Under the pieces are notes generated by a model. The model saw only the letters and a program-made list of their open reading frames with translations. It was not told where the DNA came from and did not search any database. DNA of 64,000 nt. Source: Promethearchaeia archaeon. GTDB lineage: Archaea > Asgardarchaeota > Lokiarchaeia > Sigyniarchaeales > SOKP01. Shown here one piece after another: positions 36,684 to 47,417 of the stretch (position 1 is its first letter; each line of letters starts with the position of its first letter). Both the position numbers and the translations under genes were made by a program. Location of the stretch: positions 46,024 to 110,023 of the forward strand of contig JAWOCD010000017.1 of NCBI GenBank assembly GCA_046483985.1, written 5' to 3'.

Positions 36684-39479
36684 CTAAACTTGAATAAGGA
36701 TTTTTAGTGTCTTGATCTCAAACTTATTGAAGGAAAGGGTAATTTTATGTTTTCCTTGTAATTTGTAGGTTTGTTTTTGCTGGTTCTGTAAATCACGTTC
36801 CAGTAAATCCGTTTCCACTACATTTTTAATTTCTAGGGCATCATGACATTGAAGTTCCACATTTTCTTGCGTCTCGCCCGCGGTTTCAAAAAGTCGGAGA
36901 ATCAGAAAGGTTGTGCTTTCTTTCATTTTTATGCCATCGTCCCCTAAATGATTGATCATTATCCGTTCTGGCGGCTTAATCGTTTGCAAAATTATGTTTG
37001 GATTCGTTACATGAACAAGTGAGCATGGCTCCTTAAAAATCCTTTTAAAGCGTTTATGTACGTAAGGGTCACTCAGCTGAATTTTATTTTGGAGGTTTTG
37101 ATCGTTTCGTGCAGCTGTCAAGAGTGGATAATTATATTCGTATCCGTTCCTCCATGCAGCTGCTTCTTTGAAGCCTCCTTTATGGATTTTAATTGCATAA
37201 CTGGTCCTATTCAATCCAATATCAACATATTTGGTACGCTCCTGTTTAGGAACGAGATCTAAGTGAGAAAAGAAAGGACTACTTGCCCGGGCTGGCGTGT
37301 GCACCAACGTTAAATAAATTCCCTTTTCATTTGCACTAAAGCCGTACTTCGAATTGTTAACAATAGTAATGCCTCTATCCTCCTCTGAGACATCTACGTA
37401 CTTTTGAGCGGGAAATTCCCATTTCCCTTCTTCCATTTTCGTGTTGGGGATAATTTTCCGTTTCAAGTACCCATAGGGGATCTCTCCAGCGAGTTCATTT
37501 GTATTAAGATTGAAGGGAAACCGCGTTTTGAACAAAAGATATTTATCATGTACGTCGATATCGGTCTGCAAGTCAATTTGAAGAGAATCAGGGCGTAATG
37601 AGACATAATGTTCGATTTTAGTATTCCGAAAAGTGTAGATTATTTTAATCTTTTTTAGGCTCTTGGAATCCTCCACTACCTTAATTCCCTTGACCATCCC
37701 GATGTCTACGGGTAACTGGGTATATCCCGAATAGATTGACCAAGCGGGATGTGCGATCTTTCTTTCTTCATAGACATGTACACCGATACCATCCCTTTCT
37801 CTTATATACTCTCTCTTATTCTCTTTATGAATCAGCGAAACTATTTTCCCAGATTCTTTTTCAACAGTGAATGAGATCAATTTATTTTCAAAAATGAATT
37901 TATCGGAAACGTTCCACAATTTTAGTACCGATTCTTTCCGTGATTGCTCATGTTTTTTCAGAAGCTCAGATTTTTTTAAAATTTGAAAAGAAAGCGGCTC
38001 GATTTCTCTTAATTGAATTGGAACAGACCGATTATTGTCGTCTTTAATATGGATAAGTCCGTTTCGTTTCCATGGAATGGTATTGACAACGATTAGATAA
38101 TCATTCTGCTCTTGTTCTTTAATTTCATTCAAGTTGAGATATGTTTGCAAAAGTAATTGCAAAGCTTCGGAGATATAAGCAGTTGCGTCATCGACCACAT
38201 TCTGTAATTCCTCTTCTTGCTCATAATAAACGTCTTGGATACTCGATCCTGGTAAAATATCGTGGAACTGATTGAAAAGGACATGTTTCCACAGTTTTTT
38301 TATTTTTTCATAGGGGTAGAAATATTCCCGGAATATTACGGACAAAAACGTCAATATCAACTCACAATTCCTCATTTTAACTTCACAGAGCCGATTTAAA
38401 CGCTTAGTTTCCGCTTGTGAAGTGTAGATTCCTCTGTGAAATTCTAAATAGAGCTCATCATTCCAAACAGGTAATAAATCTCCGCACTCCTTCCGTAAGG
38501 TTTTGAAATATTGTCCCACTGTACAAAATTTCATATGCCCTGCCCGTGCAATATTGGTCATTATATCTATTTCCTCAATCCACGGACCCATTCCACCGTC
38601 TCCAAAACCATAAAAAATCCCGCAAGTCTTAATTCGCTTCTCGGTCAGTGCATTCTCAAACTCCTCCATTGTGTTAGAAGAATCAAAGACTAATCCTCTC
38701 TCATTGACTTTTCGACTTGTTCTTTTATAAAGATCGAGGCTTAATACCGAATTCCAATTGAATAGAAACATATGCGTAAATATTTCCGATCCGTCTAGCC
38801 CTCGCCAGAGAAAATTGGCAAATGGAAACTCATTATAGTCATTCCACGTGATTTTAGTTGTCCAAAATGCTTCTCCCCCGGATTTTTTAAGAATCTGAGG
38901 TAATTGAGCATTAAAACCGAAGGTATCGCTTAAGGATTCTATTCTCGACAATTTGCCAAAATGTTCAAGATAAAACAATTGCCCGTATAATCTCTGCCGA
39001 ACCAAGGATTCCCCACTCGGAAGATTTGTATCAGGTTCAACCCACATTCCACCGATGATTTCCCACCGGTTCTTTTTTTCGTACTCTTGAATCTTTTTAA
39101 ACAATTTTGGCCGAAGCATCTTGACCCAGTCATAATATTGGGGTGTGGTCTGTGAGAAAGTAAAATAGGGATATTGCTCGAAATGATCTATAGCTTGTTG
39201 AAACGTAATGATTGCTCGTCGAATTGTGGATAATTTTGTCCATAACCAACACGCGTCCAAATGAGATTGCCCAATAGCATAAAGGTTGAAATTCTTTAAT
39301 CGAAAATTCTTTTTATACTCTGAAAATTTGGCTATTGCCATATGCAGATAATAGTTGATGTTGTGGTTCTGAGAAAATTTCCAACATTTTCGCCACGCCC
39401 TATTGTGTAACATGGCTTCCAAGGGGCGATCTAATTTGGTTCGAAGTTTAAGTCTTTTTTCGTCGAATTTGTTCAGCAT
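36684..39479 (-). CDS. Alpha-mannosidase, GH38 (Man2C1/MngB-like)
   Basis: GQSHLDACWLW, GGMWVEPD.NLPSGESLVRQ, DTFG, GDGG.GP, ELYLEFHRG, NQFHDILPGSSI. Confidence 0.93.
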   Translation of the reverse strand: MLNKFDEKRLKLRTKLDRPLEAMLHNRAWRKCWKFSQNHNINYYLHMAIAKFSEYKKNFRLKNFNLYAIGQSHLDACWLWTKLSTIRRAIITFQQAIDHFEQYPYFTFSQTTPQYYDWVKMLRPKLFKKIQEYEKKNRWEIIGGMWVEPDTNLPSGESLVRQRLYGQLFYLEHFGKLSRIESLSDTFGFNAQLPQILKKSGGEAFWTTKITWNDYNEFPFANFLWRGLDGSEIFTHMFLFNWNSVLSLDLYKRTSRKVNERGLVFDSSNTMEEFENALTEKRIKTCGIFYGFGDGGMGPWIEEIDIMTNIARAGHMKFCTVGQYFKTLRKECGDLLPVWNDELYLEFHRGIYTSQAETKRLNRLCEVKMRNCELILTFLSVIFREYFYPYEKIKKLWKHVLFNQFHDILPGSSIQDVYYEQEEELQNVVDDATAYISEALQLLLQTYLNLNEIKEQEQNDYLIVVNTIPWKRNGLIHIKDDNNRSVPIQLREIEPLSFQILKKSELLKKHEQSRKESVLKLWNVSDKFIFENKLISFTVEKESGKIVSLIHKENKREYIRERDGIGVHVYEERKIAHPAWSIYSGYTQLPVDIGMVKGIKVVEDSKSLKKIKIIYTFRNTKIEHYVSLRPDSLQIDLQTDIDVHDKYLLFKTRFPFNLNTNELAGEIPYGYLKRKIIPNTKMEEGKWEFPAQKYVDVSEEDRGITIVNNSKYGFSANEKGIYLTLVHTPARASSPFFSHLDLVPKQERTKYVDIGLNRTSYAIKIHKGGFKEAAAWRNGYEYNYPLLTAARNDQNLQNKIQLSDPYVHKRFKRIFKEPCSLVHVTNPNIILQTIKPPERIMINHLGDDGIKMKESTTFLILRLFETAGETQENVELQCHDALEIKNVVETDLLERDLQNQQKQTYKLQGKHKITLSFNKFEIKTLKILIQV

Positions 39480-39608
39480 CTTTGTAAACGTTTAAAATTA
39501 ATCTTATTACATGTGAAAGATATCCCTTTTCTTTAAACATTTCTATTTCCGTCAACTGGATTAACTAAAGCCTAATTCCTTCAATTTTAAAAAATAAGAA
39601 AAATTCTT

Positions 39609-41231
39609 TTAAATAATATCAAAGGCTCTGCATAACCAATAGACCATCGTATAGGAGGTTCCTGGCGGTTCTTCGAGCCCATTTCCATTTGGATCACCGC
39701 CTTCTTTCTGTAACGGATTTGTCTGCCAGACATTATGTTGTGAGGGATATTCTGAGACTGTGCGTGGCTCTCTATAGATTTTATCCTCCATGCTAAATAG
39801 GTCTACCATCCAGGAAAACATCCAACCTCTGGGATTTTTTTCGATAAAATCCAACCATTTTTGCCTCGACGGGTCTAAGACCTTCTTTCTCATTTCTGGG
39901 TTTGTACTGGTAGCGCGGGTAGAATGCGGACGTTCCGTTAAATTGTAATTTCGAACGGGACACCAATTACTGGTATGGAATCTCCATAATTGATCGCATA
40001 CATCCCATGTGACTTTTTCGTAATCATACTTCGGATTATCAATAGCCTTCCTTTGTGCATCGGGGAGTAACTTCAGAAATGCGAGGTGGACTGAATTAAA
40101 AAAGGCATTGCGATGATAGCGAACGATGGGATAGAAATTTTGCTCAAAGTTCTTTATATAAAGATATTGTAACTGAGGATCATCTTCTAAAATAATTAAC
40201 GGAAACATCGATTTACATGCACCCATAAACGCGAAATACTCCATCCCTGCGTTCCAGAGTTGTCCCATATTTGCCCTCCTCATTCGAAGCATTTTAGCGG
40301 CGGTATAATGATAAAGGTCCCCATATTTTTCTGGAAAGGCAGTTGCCGCTATTCGCAAGGCAATGAGTTTCCACGGAGGTGTATTGATATCCGAGCCAGT
40401 TGGAGATCCATCATAATCTAGAACGAGCCAATTTGATTCTTCCTTCCAATGGTGAATAACTTGTCCGATCATTTTTTTTGTGGTATTAACTGCATATTTA
40501 GAATCCTCATTTACAGAAGAGTCAATAAATTTCAAAACGGACGCCCACCCGAGGTACATCCCTGATACTTCATCTCGAGATGTTTTTAAACGGACCCGCC
40601 AGTTACTATATACTCCAGTCCCATTATGGTGTCTTGGATGAGGTTCAAGCATGAAGGGGTGATATTTCTTTGCGTCTTGGTAAGAGCAAGCAAAACGAGC
40701 GATAATTCCGGGATACCATTCCCCGTTGGGTTTTTTCCCTAACCCGCCGTTCGGTGCGGCGATCAACTTGGCAAATGCATCCACAAAAAATCTCACATCG
40801 CTACTCGCGTTTTCTAACATTTCCCCGTCTCCACTATCTAAGGCCGTTTTGTATTTAAAACACGCAGCTGCAAGCGCATAGGAAGCATGGGCTGCCCCAT
40901 TATCTGTATGGTGCCATTTTTCAATAGCGTCATATGTATAGGATCTATTTTTAAAGGTCACTTTTACGGGATAGCCTACGGGACTGTTTATCTTCCGATT
41001 CCGCCAATCAAATTTTTCTGCCATTTCTTCCAATCGAGTCATATTAATGCTTTCTTTATCTTCGAAATACTCTGTATTGGGTTTCTCCAGCTCATAAGTG
41101 AAGGAATTGATGTCATATAGGATGTAAAGAACCGCAGAGCCATAAGAAAGGACCCCTAATAATGGCAATAAAAAGAGAACTACTATAACTATATTTTTAT
41201 TTTTGATATTTTTTCTTTTTCGAATTCTCAT
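39609..41231 (-). CDS. Membrane-anchored extracellular hypothetical protein, possible (alpha/alpha)-barrel glycosidase-like fold
   Basis: N-terminal TM; TDNGA, SRDEVSG, W/Y/H-rich helical body; next to GH38. Confidence 0.55.
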   Translation of the reverse strand: MRIRKRKNIKNKNIVIVVLFLLPLLGVLSYGSAVLYILYDINSFTYELEKPNTEYFEDKESINMTRLEEMAEKFDWRNRKINSPVGYPVKVTFKNRSYTYDAIEKWHHTDNGAAHASYALAAACFKYKTALDSGDGEMLENASSDVRFFVDAFAKLIAAPNGGLGKKPNGEWYPGIIARFACSYQDAKKYHPFMLEPHPRHHNGTGVYSNWRVRLKTSRDEVSGMYLGWASVLKFIDSSVNEDSKYAVNTTKKMIGQVIHHWKEESNWLVLDYDGSPTGSDINTPPWKLIALRIAATAFPEKYGDLYHYTAAKMLRMRRANMGQLWNAGMEYFAFMGACKSMFPLIILEDDPQLQYLYIKNFEQNFYPIVRYHRNAFFNSVHLAFLKLLPDAQRKAIDNPKYDYEKVTWDVCDQLWRFHTSNWCPVRNYNLTERPHSTRATSTNPEMRKKVLDPSRQKWLDFIEKNPRGWMFSWMVDLFSMEDKIYREPRTVSEYPSQHNVWQTNPLQKEGGDPNGNGLEEPPGTSYTMVYWLCRAFDII

Positions 41232-41367
41232 TTAATATGATCTTATTCATCTCTTTTATTATATATTTTTAAAAAGAGGAAATCATATTGAACGCGGGGG
41301 CAATAAATAAATTAAGAATTTTTAATCAGTAAACTATATAATATTTAGGGAGCTGTAATACGCAATT

Positions 41368-41874
41368 ATGCCTCAGAAAAACAGAAAAAAGCCGATATTT
41401 ATTATGACCATAGGAATTCCGGGTTCAGGGAAAACTCATTGGGTAAGAAATAATATACCAAATAATAAATTCAATATTGTTTGTCCGGATTTGATAAGGA
41501 AGGAAGTGACGGGAAGAATCTCTGATGTCTCTCAAGATGATCTTGTATGGGATATTGCAAAAAATCGAGTTACCGATGCCCTTAAAAAAGGAATGAATGT
41601 CGTATTGGATGCAACTAATGTGAATCAAAAGGATCGGCGAAAATTTGTTAAAACATTACCGCCCCATCAATTATTTGCCAAACGGTTTGAAGTTTCCCCA
41701 AAAACTGCAAAAAAACGAATCCAAAAAGATATTGAGTCACAAAAAGACCGTTCCCATGTCCCTCAAGATGTGGTAGATTCTATGCATGAACAGTTCGTAA
41801 GAAGTTGTTCAGCGGAAGATTTACACGAGGAAGGGTTTCAATTAATAGAAGGTATTGAGCAGATACTACCCTGA
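41368..41874 (+). CDS. P-loop kinase (AAA_33/polynucleotide-kinase-like)
   Basis: GIPGSGKT, CPDLIR, VLDATN. Confidence 0.85.
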   Translation: MPQKNRKKPIFIMTIGIPGSGKTHWVRNNIPNNKFNIVCPDLIRKEVTGRISDVSQDDLVWDIAKNRVTDALKKGMNVVLDATNVNQKDRRKFVKTLPPHQLFAKRFEVSPKTAKKRIQKDIESQKDRSHVPQDVVDSMHEQFVRSCSAEDLHEEGFQLIEGIEQILP

Positions 41875-43332
41875 TTCGGGAACTTTTAATCTACCTTGCT
41901 TCTTTAATTGTTTTAAATATTTCCGCCTCTTTCTTTCGTGTATCTCCATAAGATGTTTCTTCTTTTGGATCCATTCTTCGCCAGCGAGCGGATAAAATGT
42001 CATAGATAATGCGCTGATACCTAAAAATATGCCCGGAATTAAACAAAATGCCACCATAATGCCAATTAAAGCAAGTTCTGTCTGAGGCTGTTTATACGGA
42101 ACGCCACTAATGACCTCAGGAGATTTGAATCCGAATGCAACGATCACGGTTAAGAAGAGCCAATTGGCTATTGAAATTGGATATTTGGTGACAATTGCGT
42201 TTACGCCACCGTAGATTGCTTCTCTCCGTTTTCCAGTGATTAATTCATCGTTGTCAATTATATCTCCCATAATCACCGTTTGTAATATTAACGCGCCCGC
42301 AAGGCCCACCCCAAGAATAAAACCGGGAATACTTGCCAAAATGGCACTAAATCCGATGAAAAAAAGTAGAATAAAACCAAAAGAGATTAATGATAAAAGT
42401 ATCATCATTAATTTTTTTGGTCCCCAATCATCAACCTTATTAAGAGTAATTAGAAAACCTAACAAAACACCGCACATTAAAGAAATAACTAAATAGGTAA
42501 AATTTTGACCCACGATAATGTAATCAATATAATAAAGTATTCCTGTCTGTAAAACCGGCAACACCAACGCAATACAAAAAGACGGAATCATAAATATCCA
42601 GAATGGCTTGTTCTTGAGTGTTAATTTTAAGCCTTCAATAAATCCGACCCTCTCTTGCATTTGTGCAAACATATTTTCCTTTAATCCATATGAGGTTATA
42701 AATAGGGTGATTGCCCCACCAATTCCAATTATCACCATTAAAGGTAAAAAGAAAGGATGGACCCCATCTTGTCCCGTTAAAAAGAGAATCGGAATAATAA
42801 AGCCCATAGCTACTGCAACAAAATTAAATATTGAGGAGAAAAAAGAAAGTTCTGCCCTTCCTGGAGCTGTAAGCGCAATCTCATTGGGTAAACAAAAAAA
42901 ACAGCAGCCTATAATAGTAAAAACAGTGTCTAAAAGAAATAAAGCCAATATAAAGTTAAAAAATAATCCAAGCGGAGTATGCCATATCGGAAACCAACAA
43001 AATATAAAAGCCAGACCGTAAAATATACTTCCAAACCGGATAAATGGAATACGTCGTCCGATTTTGGTTCTCGTATTATCAATAAAATAGGAAGCAATGG
43101 GGTCGTTAATTACATTCCAGAAGCCAAAAAGCAACCACGCAATTCCGATTAAGCTCGGATCTGCACCGATTTTTTCCACATAATAGAAGGTTATATTCGC
43201 AAAAACAAGCCCTTGCAACAGAGCATTAGCCAATGCACCAAAACCGAAATTTATTTTGATTTTAAGGGGGATTTGTTCTTTTGGGAGTGTTTCCTTCTCA
43301 TCCGAAGGCTGTTTCTTATTTATTTCACTCAT
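41866..43332 (-). CDS. MFS GPH-family (MelB-like) sugar/cation symporter
   Basis: WNVINDP, DNTRTKIGRRIPFI, GDIIDNDELITGKRREAIY. Confidence 0.9.
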   Translation of the reverse strand: MSEINKKQPSDEKETLPKEQIPLKIKINFGFGALANALLQGLVFANITFYYVEKIGADPSLIGIAWLLFGFWNVINDPIASYFIDNTRTKIGRRIPFIRFGSIFYGLAFIFCWFPIWHTPLGLFFNFILALFLLDTVFTIIGCCFFCLPNEIALTAPGRAELSFFSSIFNFVAVAMGFIIPILFLTGQDGVHPFFLPLMVIIGIGGAITLFITSYGLKENMFAQMQERVGFIEGLKLTLKNKPFWIFMIPSFCIALVLPVLQTGILYYIDYIIVGQNFTYLVISLMCGVLLGFLITLNKVDDWGPKKLMMILLSLISFGFILLFFIGFSAILASIPGFILGVGLAGALILQTVIMGDIIDNDELITGKRREAIYGGVNAIVTKYPISIANWLFLTVIVAFGFKSPEVISGVPYKQPQTELALIGIMVAFCLIPGIFLGISALSMTFYPLAGEEWIQKKKHLMEIHERKRRKYLKQLKKQGRLKVPESG

Positions 43333-43478
43333 TTGATTTAGAACACTTTTGTTTTTCTATATTTCTATAGAAAGAATGACAAGTTAATCATATAATAGGG
43401 TTGAAATGTATATATATTTTCAAGAAGTCTTTTTTTAAAGAACTCAAGGGAGGGCAAGATTCGCATTCAAAATGAGTT

Positions 43479-43817
43479 TCACTCTTGAACTTTGCAATAC
43501 AAATGTTCGGTTTTTACCTCAAAATTAGCTTTTCCCTCATTTAATCTCTTAATTATCTGCTCTAAAGTTGTAATGGGAAGAATTTTACGAGCAACTCCAA
43601 CACATTCCCGAAGATAATATTCTTCATCTAATTCTTGTATGGGAAACATCTTACATTCCTTTGTCTTATCGGGATGATTACATTCTCCATCTTTAAAATG
43701 TGACCCCTTGCAATAGCGCAAGCAGCACTCCCCGCAATCCTTGCACGCATCCATCTTCAATATGATATTGACCACCTTAATCCCCTCTCTTAGACTCCTC
43801 CTTAATGTGTAAGTCAT
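43479..43817 (-). CDS. Small Cys-rich protein (YkgJ-like); true start probably internal
   Basis: CKDCGECC...C...C...ECKMFP. Confidence 0.6.
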   Translation of the reverse strand: MTYTLRRSLREGIKVVNIILKMDACKDCGECCLRYCKGSHFKDGECNHPDKTKECKMFPIQELDEEYYLRECVGVARKILPITTLEQIIKRLNEGKANFEVKTEHLYCKVQE

Positions 43818-44691
43818 TTTCTGATTTCCTATGATCTGCTAACCAATTATTGATTAATTCATACGCTTCATAAATAGACTTGGACCTTTTTACCAATGAG
43901 GTGAATGGATTAAATTTGGAGACAGTTGAAGTTTTAAACCAAAAGATTTTAGTGGAAATTTCTTGCAAGTTTACTTCCGTTCTTCCAATTGTGTGTTTTC
44001 CGCGAAACCCATCTAATGCCATCTGCAAGGCTTTATTAGATCGGGAAAAAAATTTATTGCGTTCCCGAAATGTATTAATCACTCTTAATAATTTCAAATC
44101 CTTCTCGTTTATCCAACTACTTCCCACGAGACCTTTCATTAATTTGATAGAATGCAAATTTTGTTCAAATTCCTTGGGAGTAATCCCTCCCGCTATACCC
44201 GGACCAATAATACAGAGACGATTCTCAACTTTTAGTAAATTTAATAATGCAAGCGATAATGAACCCAGTGCAGGACTTAATATTTCCTTTTCCAATCCGC
44301 TACATACGAGATTACCACCCCCATTCACTCCTAAAACATATTTAATCTTTTCACGTTTTAAGATTTTTTCAAATTGGGTAAATGTATGGCGTAACCCAGA
44401 TTGAAAAGTTACGACCATAAAATCTTCTCTAATAAATTCCAATAATTCCTCAAAGAAGGGCACATAGATAGTAGACGAATTATAAAAATCACATATATCC
44501 GCATTTAATATCGATTGACATGTTCCATAAAGCACTTTATCAAATTTCCACGATTCAAGTTTTCGCTTCATCAGATATGCGCTTGTAAGGTCTCCCCCAC
44601 CAGACATTCCCAATATCAAGATGGGAGAATCTCTCTCTAAAGTTTCGAATATATAATTGTCCATATTTTTATTATAAAATATAAAAATCAA
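43777..44691 (-). CDS. DUF1152-like protein
   Basis: GMSGGGD, GVNGGGN, GPGIAGG patterns (some conserved Asp residues appear substituted). Confidence 0.65.
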   Translation of the reverse strand: MIFIFYNKNMDNYIFETLERDSPILILGMSGGGDLTSAYLMKRKLESWKFDKVLYGTCQSILNADICDFYNSSTIYVPFFEELLEFIREDFMVVTFQSGLRHTFTQFEKILKREKIKYVLGVNGGGNLVCSGLEKEILSPALGSLSLALLNLLKVENRLCIIGPGIAGGITPKEFEQNLHSIKLMKGLVGSSWINEKDLKLLRVINTFRERNKFFSRSNKALQMALDGFRGKHTIGRTEVNLQEISTKIFWFKTSTVSKFNPFTSLVKRSKSIYEAYELINNWLADHRKSENDLHIKEESKRGD

Positions 44692-44752
44692 ACTTCAATA
44701 TAAACGTGATTTTTAGGAAAGAATAAAAAAACCAAGAAAATTAAGATGAAAA

Positions 44753-45223
44753 TTACTTTTTTACTAACTCTTTCCCTTCTTCTTGCCACTTTTTGATTGA
44801 TTCCGCTGAAGCTCCCTTGACAATGGCGGCCAACTCTTCGGGATCTTCCCGTAATATACCTTGGACGGAATTAACACCTACAAGTTTGAGCTTCTCATCA
44901 GTCGCAGAACCTAATCCATCTAATTCGGTTAAATCGACCGGTTCTCGTTTCACCTTTGGCTTACGCCTCTTCTTTGGTTTTTTAGCTCTTGGTACGAATG
45001 GTTCTCGCTTCTCTTCCTCTTCGGGTAATTCGAGTTCTTTTAATTTCTCAATATTCCATTCATACGCACTCCGTCTTCGTATATCAACTCTTATGCCATG
45101 CTTTTTGAGATCCTCAACGCTGTGTCCGGATTCCTTAACCTCCTCAATCGAAAATCCGTAACCTTCTCGTGGCTTTTTGGTCCGATGGGGCGATTTAACG
45201 ATCGGTTTAATTTTATTTTCCAT
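44753..45223 (-). CDS. rpl13e: Ribosomal protein eL13 fused to a C-terminal helix-hairpin-helix domain
   Basis: REGYGFSIEEV...GIRVDIRRRS...N (eL13); DLTELDGLG...KLKLVGV (HhH). Confidence 0.88.
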   Translation of the reverse strand: MENKIKPIVKSPHRTKKPREGYGFSIEEVKESGHSVEDLKKHGIRVDIRRRSAYEWNIEKLKELELPEEEEKREPFVPRAKKPKKRRKPKVKREPVDLTELDGLGSATDEKLKLVGVNSVQGILREDPEELAAIVKGASAESIKKWQEEGKELVKK

Positions 45224-45308
45224 TTCGTATTCACTTTTCTTAATTTCTAGTTAACAACACAAATAAGATATAGAGTATAATTTAACGTGGATATTATAAT
45301 TTTCTATT

Positions 45309-45950
45309 TCATGATGAGAATGAAATGATATCCAAATCCTCTAGCTTTTTAAGAATTTCGTTAACCTTGCTCCGACTAGTGGCCAACTTTCTGGAAATAG
45401 CCAAAGGTGAATTTTTCCCGTCACATAGTAGCGCGACTTGAAATTCAAAATCTTCAATCATACCCATAGAAAGAATTTTCTCCAAAACGTTACGTACCAA
45501 GAGCAATTTAGGAAAAACTTCGGCAATCTTACCCCCTAAGGTGAGATTTTCAATATCTGCGGTGAATGATTGGAATCTCGTCTTTTCCGTGGTGATGCGA
45601 TAGGTTTTTAGATCAGATTGATGTTTTTTCCAAAACCGCTGCCCGATTTTATGAAGGACTTCTTTAATCTTTTCTGTCTTATCATCAGCGTCTGAAATTG
45701 CACAAAATAAAATTCGGGAGAGGGGATGAAAATAAATAACAACGGTTGATTCTTCCGAACGGATTTCCCTGGTCATTTCATCGATACGCCTTCCCTTTGC
45801 CATTGCTTCTTGCAAATTATCGATTGTACGGTTGACGATATTGAAAAAATTAGTTATGAGGGTATCATCGATCTTTTTTAATTTGACGAAGGTGGTCTCT
45901 AAGAGGGAGATTCCACCGTCACCGTCAATAAGATAAACCTTATAAATCAT
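45309..45950 (-). CDS. Longin-like plus wHTH protein
   Basis: IYKVYLIDGDGGISLL longin start; VFPKL; VALLCDGKNS..AIS..L...RSKVNEILKKL wHTH. Confidence 0.7.
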   Translation of the reverse strand: MIYKVYLIDGDGGISLLETTFVKLKKIDDTLITNFFNIVNRTIDNLQEAMAKGRRIDEMTREIRSEESTVVIYFHPLSRILFCAISDADDKTEKIKEVLHKIGQRFWKKHQSDLKTYRITTEKTRFQSFTADIENLTLGGKIAEVFPKLLLVRNVLEKILSMGMIEDFEFQVALLCDGKNSPLAISRKLATSRSKVNEILKKLEDLDIISFSS

Positions 45951-46079
45951 TTCTGCCTCACCAATAGAAGTACTTCAGAGAAGTGCTTGAAAGGACCATC
46001 TTTTCTCAAAAAACTAAATTATATTAAAATAAATAATTTTACTAATTTTATAATTAAGTATTTCATTTTATAGATTTGT

Positions 46080-47417
46080 ATGAAGAGAGTAAAAGTTTTT
46101 ATTTTTTTCTATCTGATTGGTTTTTTCCCCTCAATATCGACTTATTTTCTCGTAACAACCCCAGATATTTCTAATCACGCCACATTTCATTTACAAAATG
46201 AAAACAGCGTCAGCAAGTATGAAAATCCGCAAAATGTAACCTATAAAATCGAGACATCATTAGTTTTACAAAACTCCATCGAACTAGGAGACTATTATTT
46301 TAAAAATGCCAGGGTCGACAATAGAACTTTTGATTCGCAATTAACGCCGCGTGTCCCTCCATATCAGATTTCTAATTGTGAGTCCCTCAACATTAATGGT
46401 AATACCACGTCAATACAGTTTCAACAAGATAGATTCAATAATACCTATGATTCATTTAATTCGACCTCCCTTAACGAAGGAAGCGAAATTACAATCGATT
46501 ACGAATATGAAGTGACCCTCAATGAAATCTTGTTTGATAATATTACGGAAAACGATATTGGCGAATATGATCAATCAGAAAAAATCTTTGACTTGTACTG
46601 CAATAAATCGGTGGAATATTTTAATACATCGGATCCCGATTTAATCAATCGTGCGGACTCCATTGTTGATTCCGGTGATAATCCAGTCGAGAAGGCAGAA
46701 AAGATTTTTGATTGGATAATCGAAAATATCGAATATGATGAAACCCTCGATGAAGAAAAAGGCGCTACCTACGCATATGCAAACAGAACGGGAGATTGCA
46801 GTGAGTTTTCTGATTTAATGGTCACGCTTCTAAGAATTCAAGGCATTCCGGCTAGAAAGGTTACAGGGTTTGTATTAACTAATAATCCATTGACTGAACT
46901 AGAGGAGGAACAAGAATGGAACTACGATCTATCATATGATTCTAATAGCCAAACTATTAGTTCAGATAATCCATATCTGGGTCATGCATGGATAGAATAC
47001 TATGTTCCTCAAGTGGGGTGGATTGCATGCGATCCCACGTGGGGCGTCCAAGCAGAAGAGCAAGAGGAAATGGACTACTTTAACCGAATTGATTATCTTC
47101 ATTTCGGAACGACTGTAGGGTCTCACATTCCTTATCCTCCTGGTGAAAATTGCAGTGAATTTCCATTTTTACCAGAACCGGTTGTATTAATAGGGGGTTC
47201 AGAATATCTTTATGAAGTAAATACCAAAATTACTATTTTAGAAACCAATTTAAGCCTTTCGGATAGGGAACCCGAGTTATGGATGATAGTTTTGAGCATT
47301 ATCCTTGTCTCCGCAATAATAGCGGGCATTATTGGGACGATAGTTATCATTATAAAAAAAGTCTATAAAAACGACGAGCGTCACGAAGTCAATACAAGTG
47401 AGAGATCTTATATGTAA
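46080..47417 (+). CDS. Membrane-anchored transglutaminase-like cysteine protease
   Basis: GDCSEFS..LLR..GIPAR, HAWIE, DPTW triad; N-terminal and C-terminal TM. Confidence 0.9.
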   Translation: MKRVKVFIFFYLIGFFPSISTYFLVTTPDISNHATFHLQNENSVSKYENPQNVTYKIETSLVLQNSIELGDYYFKNARVDNRTFDSQLTPRVPPYQISNCESLNINGNTTSIQFQQDRFNNTYDSFNSTSLNEGSEITIDYEYEVTLNEILFDNITENDIGEYDQSEKIFDLYCNKSVEYFNTSDPDLINRADSIVDSGDNPVEKAEKIFDWIIENIEYDETLDEEKGATYAYANRTGDCSEFSDLMVTLLRIQGIPARKVTGFVLTNNPLTELEEEQEWNYDLSYDSNSQTISSDNPYLGHAWIEYYVPQVGWIACDPTWGVQAEEQEEMDYFNRIDYLHFGTTVGSHIPYPPGENCSEFPFLPEPVVLIGGSEYLYEVNTKITILETNLSLSDREPELWMIVLSIILVSAIIAGIIGTIVIIIKKVYKNDERHEVNTSERSYM

